NCBI GenBank assembly: GCA_963745035.1
Contig: CAVUVW010000013.1
Span: 256,001-320,000, forward strand
Origin: an uncultured delta proteobacterium
Lineage (GTDB): Bacteria; Desulfobacterota; Binatia; UBA9968
DNA: 64,000 bases
Direction of reading: 5' to 3'
Below, piece after piece: positions 53,307-63,770 of the stretch; the first letter of the stretch is position 1, and the number at the start of each line of letters is the position of its first letter. Made by a program: the position numbers and the translations under genes. A model generated the notes under the pieces. It searched no databases and was not told the DNA's origin. It worked only from the letters and a program-made list of their open reading frames with translations.

Positions 53307-53312
53307 GCACGA

Positions 53313-53669
53313 TCAATCCCAATCCAGGGCTCCCTTTTTCCAAACATAGACGTAGCCGACGGTGAGAATGATGAGAAAAATTCCCATCTGGACCAGACCG
53401 AACATACCCAACTGGCGGAAATAAATCGCCCACGGATACAAAAAGACCACTTCCAGATCGAAAATAAGAAACAGCATGGCGATCAAATAAAAGCGCACCG
53501 AGAAGCGGATCCGCGCATCGCCTTTGGGCGGATTGCCCGACTCGAACGGCTCTGCCTTGGCCGGATTAGTGGACTTCGGGCCAACTTTGCTGGCCACCAT
53601 CAGCAAAGCGAACACCACCACCGCGGCGATGCCGAACGTAACCAGCAGCGGCAAATAAGGATGATCCAT
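53313..53669 (-). CDS. nuoA: NADH-quinone oxidoreductase subunit A
   Basis: PFESG, FYLIAMLFLIFDLEVVFLYPWA, WKKGALDW. Confidence 0.95.
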   Translation of the reverse strand: MDHPYLPLLVTFGIAAVVVFALLMVASKVGPKSTNPAKAEPFESGNPPKGDARIRFSVRFYLIAMLFLIFDLEVVFLYPWAIYFRQLGMFGLVQMGIFLIILTVGYVYVWKKGALDWD

Positions 53670-53685
53670 GAACTATTACACGTTT

Positions 53686-53726
53686 AAAAAAAAACCATAC
53701 CCAGTCTTGGCGAAAAGGTATGGTTT
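53686..53726 (-). promoter_or_regulatory. Terminator-like hairpin in the nuoA leader
   Basis: Minus strand AAACCATACC-15 nt-GGTATGGTTT running into a T9 tract, 16 nt before the nuoA ATG. Confidence 0.45.
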
Positions 53727-53957
53727 AAGGTCCAGGTCAAATCATCAAGATTGTTAAGTTTTTCTATGAAAAAAGTGGCGCGATGTCAAGGTAATAGGCG
53801 CTTGTGCGGTCTTCGCCAGGGATTCCGCGCGTCGCGTAGAGTTCACGTTGACGATGCGCCGAAGTCGGTGTTAATCGTGTGATCGTCCTGCGCAGACCGG
53901 CTTACAGACCTTTGTGAACATCTAGACAAGAACGGCAACAAATCGGCGGGAGTCCTT

Positions 53958-55320
53958 ATGATTTATCAAGCTGACAAGGGCAACTTCACGATCGCCCTGG
54001 CCGGCGACACGATGCTCACGCGGAAACTCACGCCATTCAAAGAGGAACGATTCCTGGCCTTGCGCGAAACACTTGCGCGGCGCCGATGCCGCGTTCGCCA
54101 ATCTCGAAGGCACCGTTCATACCTGGGACGAAGGCACCCCGGGCATCACCCAGGGCACCTTCATGACCACCGAGCCCAAGTTGCTCGAGGATTTGAAGTG
54201 GCTCGGCATCAATATGGTTTCCTGCGCCAACAACCATGCCTTCGACTACGGCGAAGACGGCGTGCTCGCGAATATTCGACACCTGGATGACGCCGGCATC
54301 GTTCATGCGGGCACGGGACGCAATCTCGCCCAAGCGCGCGCTCCGGCCTATTTGGACACGCCCAACGGCCGCGTCGCCCTGGTCGCGGCGACCGCGACGT
54401 TCAGACCTTGGAATCAAGCGGGCGAGCAGCGGCCGGACCTGCGCGGCCGGCCGGGAATCAATCCCCTCGGCTTTCAAACCACCTACCACGTCGATGGCGC
54501 CGCGTTCGATCAACTCGAACGCATCAGCCGTGAGCTCGGCTTCGAGAAAAGCCATGAACGGGCGCGCAAGCATTTCTACAGCGATAAGGAGATTCCCGAC
54601 GCCAAATCCGCGGAATTGAGCTTGCTAGGCAATCGTTACGTGCGCGGCGAGGGTTTCTCGATCGAAACCCAAGCCAACGAGCGCGACCTGCAAGATAACC
54701 TGCGTTGGATTCGCGAGGCAAGGCGCCAAGCGGACTGGTTGATCGTGAGCGTTCACTGCCACGAGTTTGGCGGCGCAAGCTTGCTCACCGCCGGGAGCCG
54801 AGCGGAGCTCGAAGAAACCGCCGACTTCGTCACCCGCTTCGCGCACCAGGCGATCGACGAAGGCGCCGACATCTTCGTCGGCCACGGCTCGCACTTTCCC
54901 ATGGGCATTGAAATTTACAAAGGCAAGCCGATTTTCTACAGCGTCGGCAATTTCATCTTTCAAAATGAAACCGTCGGGTTTTTCCCGGCGGACGCCTACG
55001 AAAGGTTCGACCTCGATCTTCGAGCGACGCCGTCCGACTTTCTCGACGCCAGAACCGCCGGCGGGAAAAAGGGCCATCCCGCCGAACCGGCCTATTGGGA
55101 AAACATGTTCGCCATCTGCGAGTTCGCAGAGCGCAAGCTCAAGGAAATCAGAATCTATCCCATCGACCAGGGCTTCGGCAGACCGCGCCCGCAAAGAGGC
55201 AGGCCGTTGCTTGCCGAAGGCGAAGTAGCCGAGCGCGTGCTTGATCGTGTCGCTCGCCTGTCAAAGCGCTACGGCACTAACGTCGCCGTTCGCAATGGTG
55301 TAGGCCTGATCGAAATCTGA
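53958..55320 (+). CDS. CapA/PGA_cap metallophosphatase family (frameshift near 54075)
   Basis: LAGD, NLEG, ANNHAFDYG, SVHCHE, GHGSH, YSVGNF. Confidence 0.85.
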
Positions 55321-55329
55321 CGGCGGTCT

Positions 55330-56424
55330 TCATGACTCCGCCAAAATTTCCTTCACCCGCTTGATGACCTCGGGCGGCTGGGTGACCGTATCGATCATCT
55401 TCTTTTGCAGCTGCTCGCCGCTCAGGAAAGTCGCGCCGTCCCAATCCAAAAGTTTTTTTGCGTCGGCGGCAAACTCGCCGTCCTTCAGCATGCGCTCGAA
55501 GCTATCACGGAGAATCTGCAGCCGCTCCTTGGGCACGCCGGGCGGCGCGGCAAAAGGTCGGTCGAACTCAGTGTAGGCGAGCATTACGTTCATTAACGTG
55601 AGATAAGGTTTCCCCTCCGGCCGCGCCAATTCGACGATTGTCGGGACCGGCGGCAGCAATGGGCTTTTGTCCGGACCCTGCTGGACTACGAACGTGACAT
55701 AATTGTCCTTAATCCATCGGTTCCAGGGTTCGCGAATGACCGTAATATCTGATGTTGCCCGGCAGTCGATTTCACCGCGCTCCAGCCCCAGGTCGGTGTC
55801 GCGCCCGGACTTGAATCCGGTGACATTTTTGACCTTCAAGTCGAGAATCTTCTCCATCAGGTTGGCGAACACGTAGCTGATGCTGCCGGTCCCCGATTGA
55901 CCGAAGCGCGGCGGCGTTTTCGCGGCGCGGATGGCCGCGGCCGTTTTGTATTCGGTATCCGAACGGCAGGCGACCATCATGGGCGACTTGTTGAAGCTGC
56001 CGATCCAACTGAGTTTGCGAAAATCGGTCTTCACCTCCGAGCGGCCGACTATTTGCTCGATGTAATTGGCGCGGCTTATGGCCGCGATCGTGAGACCATC
56101 GGATTTAGCGACATTGTAAAGATGATTGGCCGCGACAACCCCGCCCGCGCCCGGCATATTTTGCACGATGATATTCGGATTGCCCGGTATGTGTTTACCC
56201 AGGTAGCGCCCGACCAAACGCGCGCTGATATCCGTGGTCGCGCCCGGCCCGCTGGCGACCAGGAGCTGCATCGTCTTTCCTTCAAAAAACGATTTGTCTG
56301 CCTGCGCCCACGATCCTTGCGCGCCGACAAACATGACCAGGATGGTCAAACAAACCGCGCTGTCTCGGCTTTGTTTCCGACGGCGGATTTTTTGCGGCGG
56401 CATCGTGAACCTCCTCGGGAACAC
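55330..56424 (-). CDS. TctC/Bug family substrate-binding protein
   Basis: FFEGKT, HIPGNP...NMPGAGG, ERGEID; exact start uncertain. Confidence 0.85.
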   Translation of the reverse strand: MFPRRFTMPPQKIRRRKQSRDSAVCLTILVMFVGAQGSWAQADKSFFEGKTMQLLVASGPGATTDISARLVGRYLGKHIPGNPNIIVQNMPGAGGVVAANHLYNVAKSDGLTIAAISRANYIEQIVGRSEVKTDFRKLSWIGSFNKSPMMVACRSDTEYKTAAAIRAAKTPPRFGQSGTGSISYVFANLMEKILDLKVKNVTGFKSGRDTDLGLERGEIDCRATSDITVIREPWNRWIKDNYVTFVVQQGPDKSPLLPPVPTIVELARPEGKPYLTLMNVMLAYTEFDRPFAAPPGVPKERLQILRDSFERMLKDGEFAADAKKLLDWDGATFLSGEQLQKKMIDTVTQPPEVIKRVKEILAES

Positions 56425-56461
56425 TCAGCTCATAAGACGTCCGCGGTTTCGCTGCTCAACC

Positions 56462-57931
56462 TCAGAGACCCTGCACCGCCGCGTTTCGTCCCGCCAGCCT
56501 GGAGAAAACCACGTTCCGCGTCTGACCGGTACAGGATGGATAGTTATGGAAGAACAATCCGACAATGTCACCGGAAGCGAACAGGCCGCGGATCGGATTG
56601 TTGGATGTGTTCAGCACCTGCGCTTGGGTATTGATCTGCAAGCCGCCAAAGGTGAACGTGATGCCACCGGTAATCGCGTAAGCCCAGTACGGCGGTTTGT
56701 CGATGGTATCAGCCCAGTTGGATTTCTTCGGGGCAATGCCTTCGGTGCAGCGGCCGTCCAGTTTGGTGGCGTCGAACGGGATGTCCTTGCGGATGGAATC
56801 GTTGAACTCTCGAATCGTGTGATGGAGCACGGCCGGTTCGATGCTGATCTTTGCCGCCAGTTCCTCGATCGTGTCGGCTTCGATCGGATGGGAGAACTCG
56901 TAATAACGCTTGTTCAAAAGATGCGTCGCCTTCTGATCGTAGATTTGGTACGCCACCGCTCCGGGTTGGCCCAACACGGCCCAGCCCGTCTTGGCGTAGG
57001 TGTACGAATGGCGCGCTTCGCCCTCGTCGAAAAAGCGCTGGCCCAGGGAATTCACCGTGATGCCGTAGGTGTAGCCGTAACGGTTGGCCTTGTTGCTGAT
57101 CTCGACATCGGGAAAAGTGGCGTCGATGGGCGTGGCATGCGCGCCCTGCCAATGGCCTGCGGTTTTGGCGCCGAGGTCGATGGCCATCATTAAAACTTCG
57201 CCCGTGTCATGCTTGCTGCCGCGCACCTTCATTAGATCCGCATTAGGCCCGAGATAGCGCGCGCGTTTTTCCGCGCTGGCTTGGAAACCGCCGGCGCAGA
57301 GAATCACCGAGCCGCTGCGAATTTCATATTCTTCATTAGGATCGGAAACCCTGACACCGTCGATATGACGATCGTTGCCGAGCAGAGCGGCGACCTTCGA
57401 CTCGTAGCGCAACTCGATACCCATCTTGGTGGCGATCGCGCGCCACTGCATGAGCTGATCGAGGCCGCCGCCGACTCCGCCGGTCGGGTGAATCACCATT
57501 CCCGGCTCGAAATAATAGCGGCCGTCGATGATGACGTGGCTGTCGATGTCCCATTTGATGCCGACCTCGCGCATCCAATGGATTGCCGCGGTCGACTGAG
57601 AAACGAGTACGTCGGACAATTCTTTATTGATCCGACCGCGGGTCACGCGCTGCAAGTCGCTATGAAACTGTTCGGCGGTATAAGCCGGAATATGCAGTTT
57701 CGCAAACATGGCGTCATCCATGTCCGGCAGGAACTGGCGAATCTCTTCGGCGCCGGAAAATACCCAGCGAAAACCGGTGTGGGAAAAACGCGCATTGCCG
57801 CCGAATTCCGGCTCCGGCGCTTTTTCGAGCATCACCACTTTCGGCGCGCCCGCCTGTTTCGCCGCTACCGCCGCCTCGAACGCGGCGCTGCCGCCGCCGA
57901 CCACGACCACGGGGATATTTTCAGTTCTCAT
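56462..57931 (-). CDS. FAD-dependent tricarballylate dehydrogenase (TcuA/CobZ)-like
   Basis: VVGGG.AA, GGNARFS, CAGGFQA, GQRFFDEG, YTYAKTG, GITFTFGGL, GLFFHNYP. Confidence 0.85.
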   Translation of the reverse strand: MRTENIPVVVVGGGSAAFEAAVAAKQAGAPKVVMLEKAPEPEFGGNARFSHTGFRWVFSGAEEIRQFLPDMDDAMFAKLHIPAYTAEQFHSDLQRVTRGRINKELSDVLVSQSTAAIHWMREVGIKWDIDSHVIIDGRYYFEPGMVIHPTGGVGGGLDQLMQWRAIATKMGIELRYESKVAALLGNDRHIDGVRVSDPNEEYEIRSGSVILCAGGFQASAEKRARYLGPNADLMKVRGSKHDTGEVLMMAIDLGAKTAGHWQGAHATPIDATFPDVEISNKANRYGYTYGITVNSLGQRFFDEGEARHSYTYAKTGWAVLGQPGAVAYQIYDQKATHLLNKRYYEFSHPIEADTIEELAAKISIEPAVLHHTIREFNDSIRKDIPFDATKLDGRCTEGIAPKKSNWADTIDKPPYWAYAITGGITFTFGGLQINTQAQVLNTSNNPIRGLFASGDIVGLFFHNYPSCTGQTRNVVFSRLAGRNAAVQGL

Positions 57932-57959
57932 GTTTCACTCTCGATTTCGATGACGGTTT

Positions 57960-58186
57960 CACCGGCAGCGAAGGCATGGCGGTAGATTGCACGTCAAGGC
58001 CGTGTTTCTTCAACAGGCCGCGCTCGCACGCGCCACCCACGGCGGTCACGTTTTACCTGTCCTGCTGCTCGAAACGAAGTTGGTGAGCGTCTGCGCCGTC
58101 GCCAAAGCCGGCGCGACGACACGGACCGCCACCGCAGGAACGGTGAGAAAAACGCGATGGCAGCTCCATCGGCTGCCACGGATCAT
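57960..58186 (-). pseudogene. Relic 5' fragment of an NMT1-like ABC substrate-binding protein gene
   Basis: Signal-like ATG ORF ending in a stop, then PPWVA / ERGLLKKHGLDVQ, matching LWIAEDKGLFKKHGID of 17923..18933. Confidence 0.5.
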
Positions 58187-58196
58187 TGCGGAGAGA

Positions 58197-58589
58197 TTAG
58201 TCCGGCTTTTTTTCGCCGACGGGTTGCACCGTCAAAAAGCCATGCTCGGAGATATCGAAAAAGTTGCCGTCGATATCCGAGGTGCGGGTTTCGGCATAGG
58301 GCCGGCCGTTGGGTCGCTGTTTGGGCAGCTTGTTGGGGTTATATTTCTTCAGGCGCTCGACGATTTTCTCGCCGTTCTCGACTTCGAAGCCGAAGTGATA
58401 CAGGCCGTTGGGCGACTGTTGCTCGTGGTTCGGCAAAATCGCCAGATTGAAGTAGCCGTCGGTGAGATAGATGACGCCGCCCTCGTTTTTGTCCTTGTGG
58501 AGGATCTGCATCTCGAACACATCCATATAAAATTGTGCAAGCTTCCCGGTATCTTCAGTGCGGATGGCCAAATGGCGAATTTTAGGCAT
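58197..58589 (-). CDS. VOC/glyoxalase family protein
   Basis: IRHLAI, YLTDG..NLAIL, GLYHFGFEV, DIDGN.FD. Confidence 0.88.
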   Translation of the reverse strand: MPKIRHLAIRTEDTGKLAQFYMDVFEMQILHKDKNEGGVIYLTDGYFNLAILPNHEQQSPNGLYHFGFEVENGEKIVERLKKYNPNKLPKQRPNGRPYAETRTSDIDGNFFDISEHGFLTVQPVGEKKPD

Positions 58590-58715
58590 AAAACCTCCGT
58601 GTGATGTTGTCGTTGTTAACCCTTAGTCCCGCGAGGCGGGAGTTGTCAAGCTAGGCTTTGCGATGGGGAAATTTGTACGCGAATGGAAGAATGCGATTCA
58701 ATAACCGGCAGCGAT

Positions 58716-60114
58716 TTAGTGAAGCTGAAGCTCGATTTGATCGCGGTCGACGATCAAGGGCAGCATGGCGTCGCGAATGACCTTTTCGCTCACTTCGCCG
58801 AATGTCTCCTTGAACCGATCGAGCGGCACCACCGCCTTGGCCATGGCTCGATGGCCGCCGGCGCTGCCGATGTGGTCGTAGAGCTTCTTCATGATTTCGC
58901 CGGCGCTTTTGACGTAGCCGACGTTGCGCACCGAGATCACCACCCGATTGTGCACCAGACCGGAAACCACGCTCCAATCGACGCCCTCGATCTGCAGGCA
59001 AAACTCGGCCATCTGCGGGATCACGTCTTCGCGGTTGATCTCGCCCAGATGAATCACCGCGACGCTGTTATCGACTTGCAGATGGCTCAAGGCGCGCCCC
59101 ATCGCTTCAAGATCTTCACGCGGCAATGCCGGCCGCTCGATCCGTGCGATCATCGCCTTATTGGCGAGCGGATAGAGAAAGTTGAACGCGCTCAAGTCGG
59201 CAAGATTGCTGCCGCGCTCCAGAAACAGCGTGTCGGTCTTGATGCCGTAAACGAGCGCCGTCGCCAGCCGCTGGGACGGCTCCATGCCGGCAGCGCGCAG
59301 ATATTCGGTAAAGATCGTCGAGGTCGCGCCGTAAGCGGTGCGTAGGTCGGCATACCTGGCTTTGAACGCCACGCGCCGGGGATGATGATCGACCACGAGA
59401 TCCACCCGGCCGAGCGGCTGGTCGAAATAGGGCGGCTGCACGTCGACCAGCGCCAGCCGGGCGCCCTCTTTGTGCAACTCCTGCTGGCTGATCCGCTCGA
59501 TCTGAATGTCGAGCAGGCGAATCATCATCAAGTTTTCCGGCCGGGTAATTTCGCCGAAGGTCACGATCGGTGTGGTCGCGCGGTTGCGTCCGAGCAGCTC
59601 GCGGAGCGCCAGCGCGCTGCCGATCGCGTCGGGGTCCGGATCGTGCTGCAACAAAATGTGAATCTTGCTGGCTTCGGCGAACAGCGAGCGGATGCGCTCG
59701 ACCTTTTTCACGTTCATCGTGTCGAGGAGCTGCGAGGCGCAGAATTCCTCGAAGATATCGGGCAGCATCAAATGGCGCAGCAATGGGTCGGCGGACTCCC
59801 GCTTGCCGTTGCCGGCGGAAGACAGCGAGACGATGGACATCCCTTTGTCGAGCTCGCGCAGCAGCCGGCACACGCGCTTTTGCAAATCCGCGATCGCGGA
59901 TGAACACGATCGCCTGATCGACGTAGTGAAGCTTGATTTTCTTGTAGGTCTCTTCCTTGAGCAGATCGCCATGGCGCACCTTGCCGCCCTGGCGCCGGAT
60001 CGATCGGGCCACTGCTTCATTGGGCACCAGATAAACGACCTCGCCCTGCTCGTCCGCGACATTGCGCATGAACTGAAATAAGAGATCGTCCTCGCAAATG
60101 GCTAGGTATTGCAT
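58716..60114 (-). CDS. DHH/DHHA1 phosphoesterase with N-terminal TrkA/Rossmann-like region (frameshift near 59885)
   Basis: HDPDPDAIGSA, DHH, GIKTDT, SVR, AGGH. Confidence 0.82.
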
Positions 60115-60338
60115 CGATGTGTCCCGCTGCGGAGCTAGCGCGGGCGTTCTTGCGAAAGGAGATTGGCGGCCGGATCTCTGATGAGCACGGGCGCAAGTCT
60201 AGCACCTAGATTTTGGCAAAGCTAGGGCATAAAATCGGCCGTAAACCTGAGAAATTTTCTATATTAAGGATCGCCCGCCGCGCGAAAGCCGGTGCCCGGT
60301 CGTTTTGGCCGGGAGCGCGGCAGCGGTGAAGCGCGGCG

Positions 60339-61365
60339 CTACTTCGTCGCCATAATCAGGGTCGTTCCCGGGAGCGTCTGGGGGATATCGTCATGCGTTG
60401 CGATGGCGCCGAATCCGGCTTTTTTCAGCCAGTCGGAATACTCCGACAACGTCCAGCACTCTCCTTCCGGAGTGTGGGTCAGCGTATAGACGGAAAAGCG
60501 CAACGCGAAGGTCGGCTCGGTGCGCTCTTCGTTGGGCACGAAATCGTTGACGACGAAAATGCCGCCCGGCTTCAACGCCGAATGGGCCTTGGCGAATAAT
60601 CTCTGATTGCCCGCGGGCGATTCGAAGCGGCAGAAATTACTCGCCAGACCAGATCGTAGTGATCGGTTTCGAGCGTCGCGCTGTGATGCTCGCCGTCGAT
60701 AAAGCGGATCTTGCCGTCGAGGCCGCGCTCGCGATTGAGTTTTTTCGCCACCGCGTTGACGTTGGGCCAGTCGAGCTGGGTGACCCGCGCCGTCGGATCG
60801 CGCGCCAAGATCGTCATGCCGAAGATGCTCGAGCCGCCGGCGATATCGAGCACTTTGATGCCCTTGCGCGCGCCGCCGATCTTGAGCACATCGCAGAGCG
60901 CCTTGGCCGCCGGCTCGGCGATGACGATGATGCCGAGCACGAGCTTTTCCCAGACCTGCAATTCCGCCCCGGTGTCCATGCGGCTGAGCGGCTTGCCGGT
61001 CTTGAGCGACTCTTTGAGATGCGCCATGCCGTCCCACAGCGCCAGCGCCACGTGGCGAAAGTCGCCGACGTAAGAAGGCTTCCCCCGCACCAGGAAAACC
61101 TCCGCCGTCGGCGTCAGAAAATATTGGCCGTCGCGCTTCTCCACCAGCCCGAGCGCCGGCAGGCTGTCGAGCACGATGCGCGTGGCGCGCGGATCGGTGC
61201 CGGCCGCGCGCGCTACTTCCGATGAAGTGCGCGCGCCTTCGTCGAATCAAAGTAAAAAAATCGTACTCGAGCGCGGCGTCGAGAATCCGGCTATTGGCGA
61301 AGTCGCCGAGGATGCGCATCAGCGGCCGCGGCGACACTTCCTGTGATGCGGTGCTGATCCGCCAT
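60339..61365 (-). CDS. SAM-dependent methyltransferase, Methyltransf_2 with winged-helix dimerisation domain (frameshifted)
   Basis: LDIAGGSS, LDWPNV, ALKPGG.F...DF; N-terminal HTH; pieces in several frames. Confidence 0.82.
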
Positions 61366-61367
61366 GA

Positions 61368-62162
61368 TTAGACTTTATAAAACCCTTCCTTTTTGACGTA
61401 CTGGTAAACCCCCTCGAAGAACCAGGCGAAGTACGCCGTGCCCATGCGCAGGCAATACTCCAGATTGAAGCCGGGGCGCGTTTCCGCCTTGCCCTCTTCG
61501 AGCATTTTTTTGAGAACCATCCAGTCCAGGTCGGCATGCGCCATCACGCCGTCATGCTCTTCGAGGTCGGCGGCGGCGTGGACGCGGAAATAGACGATCT
61601 TTTCCTCGGGCATGTGATAAACCTTGCGCAGCGCGCCGCCGAAAAACCGCGCCCAGTGCCCCACCGCTTCTTCGACGCAGAACGACGCCCACCACTCGAC
61701 CATCGTGCCTTCGTAGAGCACCCCACGATAATATTCGAGAAACGCGCGGCATTCGGCCAGCATCTCGTACTCGACCATGTCTTCGTTCTTGAGGCCGAAG
61801 TTGCGCCCCTGTTCGAGCACGATCTGGATATGCCCCGGCGGCTTGGGGTGCATCATCTCGTCGGACACGTGCGCGGCGAAATGCTTTTGCAGCTCGGGAT
61901 GGCGCTTGAAAAACGGCAAGTGGCGTTGGTAAGCGACGCCGTGAAAATTATTGATCTCGGCGACAAAGCCGTACCAGTTTTGCCAGAAGACTTGAATCGC
62001 CTCCATCGGCAAGGCGCCGTTGCCCATGTCGGCGTGAAATCGCCCTTTGATCAGCCACCGGTCGGCGATGTCGAGCAAATACTTTTTCAGATCCGCGATC
62101 ACCGCGTCGGCTTCCTGCGGCGCAAGCTTTTTGCCGGAAAAATCTTGTCTGCCCAGTCCCAT
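61368..62162 (-). CDS. Heme-oxygenase-like (TenA/PqqC/CADD) putative diiron oxidase
   Basis: Helical; candidate ligands DE..(HPKPPG)H, VEE, YFRVHAAADLEEH. Confidence 0.65.
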   Translation of the reverse strand: MGLGRQDFSGKKLAPQEADAVIADLKKYLLDIADRWLIKGRFHADMGNGALPMEAIQVFWQNWYGFVAEINNFHGVAYQRHLPFFKRHPELQKHFAAHVSDEMMHPKPPGHIQIVLEQGRNFGLKNEDMVEYEMLAECRAFLEYYRGVLYEGTMVEWWASFCVEEAVGHWARFFGGALRKVYHMPEEKIVYFRVHAAADLEEHDGVMAHADLDWMVLKKMLEEGKAETRPGFNLEYCLRMGTAYFAWFFEGVYQYVKKEGFYKV

Positions 62163-62180
62163 AAAATCTCCTTTGCGGAG

Positions 62181-63666
62181 CTAGTACAAAGCTCCGGGAT
62201 TGAGAATATTGTTCGGATCGACCAATTGCTTGATCTCCTTGACGAGGTCGTAGAGGCTGCCGAGCCGCTGGTACGGCGCCGGTCCTTTGGTGCTGAGGGT
62301 CGGCGCGGTCCAGACCACGCCCCGTTCGTTGCTGAACTGCTGCACCATGCCCATCCACTTGCGCAGCTTGCCGACGTCTTCGTCGTCGTAGGGATTGTAA
62401 AAAACGAAGTACTCTTCTTTGATGCCGAAGTCGCGGGTGACGTAGCTGTCGTGCTGCGGCGAGTGCTCGGCGTCCCAGAGCCCGCATTCGCGCTTGGCCG
62501 CTTCGTCGAGGTCGTACATCTCTTTGAGAAACGTCAGCGGATACATCTTGGAGGTGACCGCAAACATGCCGGTGTGGCGCACCACCGTGCCGCACCAGCC
62601 GTCCGGCCCCATGATGTGCCAGTCGGGCCAGCCGTGCAGGCCGAACTCTTGCGCCTTGGCGCCCATCGCTTTGTCCGCGATCTCCGGCACGTCGACGCCG
62701 CCGGCGTCGCTGATAAATGCGCCGCATGCGCTTTTCCTTGAACGCAAGCTCCTCGGCGTCGCGCGCCAGCAGGACGGTCTTCAGAAAAAACCAGCCGTCG
62801 TCGGGAATCTTACTTTTATCGTACAAGCCCTCTGTCATCGGCCAGTGATATTGCCAGCGATCGGTGAAATGGATGTCGTAGACCGCTTCGCCTCTTACCT
62901 GCTCCATCAAAGCGGTCTGGACTTCGGCCAATTGATCGCGGCGAAACGCATAGCAGTAGTCGTGCAGCCACTCGCGCTCGCATTGGATGGCACGCAAGCA
63001 CACTTTGCTGATGATGCCCATCGATCCCGCGGCCAAGGTAAACAGGCCGAGCAGGTCCGGCAGATGAATCCATTTTTGAAACGGCCCGAAGGTAGTTCCC
63101 TGATTGGCCAGGGCGCCCAGGCGAATGGTTTCGCCGTTGGCCAAAATCACTTCCAGGCCGAGCACCATGTCGGCGATCCACCCGTAGCGCGTCATGCCGT
63201 AGCCGATGCCGCCCTTATTAATCATCGCGCCGATCACCACCGCCGGCCCGTAGGTGCCGAAATTGGGCAGCATCAGCCCGTGCTGCCTGAGCGCGTGGTG
63301 GATTGCGTAGACGCTGGCGCCGCCCTCGGCGATCACGTACTGCATCGTCGCATTCACTTCGAGGATCTTGTCCATGCCGAGCATGTCGAGCAGCAGGCCG
63401 CCCTTCAGCGGCGAGCTAATGCCCATGCCAACGCCGCCTTTGGCGACGATGGGAATTCTGTGCTCGTTGGCGAACCGCAAAATCTCGGCGACTTTATGAT
63501 TGCCGGCCGGGTCCGACTCGACGCGCACGATCACGTCGGGCAGCGCGCGATAAGCGCCGTAGGCGAGCGTGTGCTGATAATTGATTTTGTCGATGGGATT
63601 GGTCGAGACGCGCCGCGGCCCGACGATCTCTCTTAATCGCTCAGCAATCTCATCAACGGTAAGCAT
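62181..63666 (-). CDS. FAD-binding oxidoreductase, VAO/PCMH (GlcD-like) family (frameshift near 62720)
   Basis: PDVIVR, IPIVAKGG, GLEVILANGE, GSMGIISK, C-terminal IKQLVDPNNILNPG. Confidence 0.85.
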
Positions 63667-63673
63667 GGCAAGC

Positions 63674-63770
63674 AATGGAGAATGAAAGAGAATGGCGAAT
63701 GAAACTTACGCTGCTGAGAGGCGGCTCAGTTCCAGCACTATCAATTCTCAATTATCCATTATCAATTATT
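63674..63770. repeat. Heptamer-array hairpin, unit AATGGAG/AATTATC, with inner GC stem
   Basis: AATGGAG..AATGGCG AATGAAA ... CACTATC AATTCTC AATTATC CATTATC AATTATT. Confidence 0.75.

Noticed and set aside
53958-55320. Poly-gamma-glutamate capsule locus
   Set aside because: Only a CapA-domain gene is present; no capB or capC
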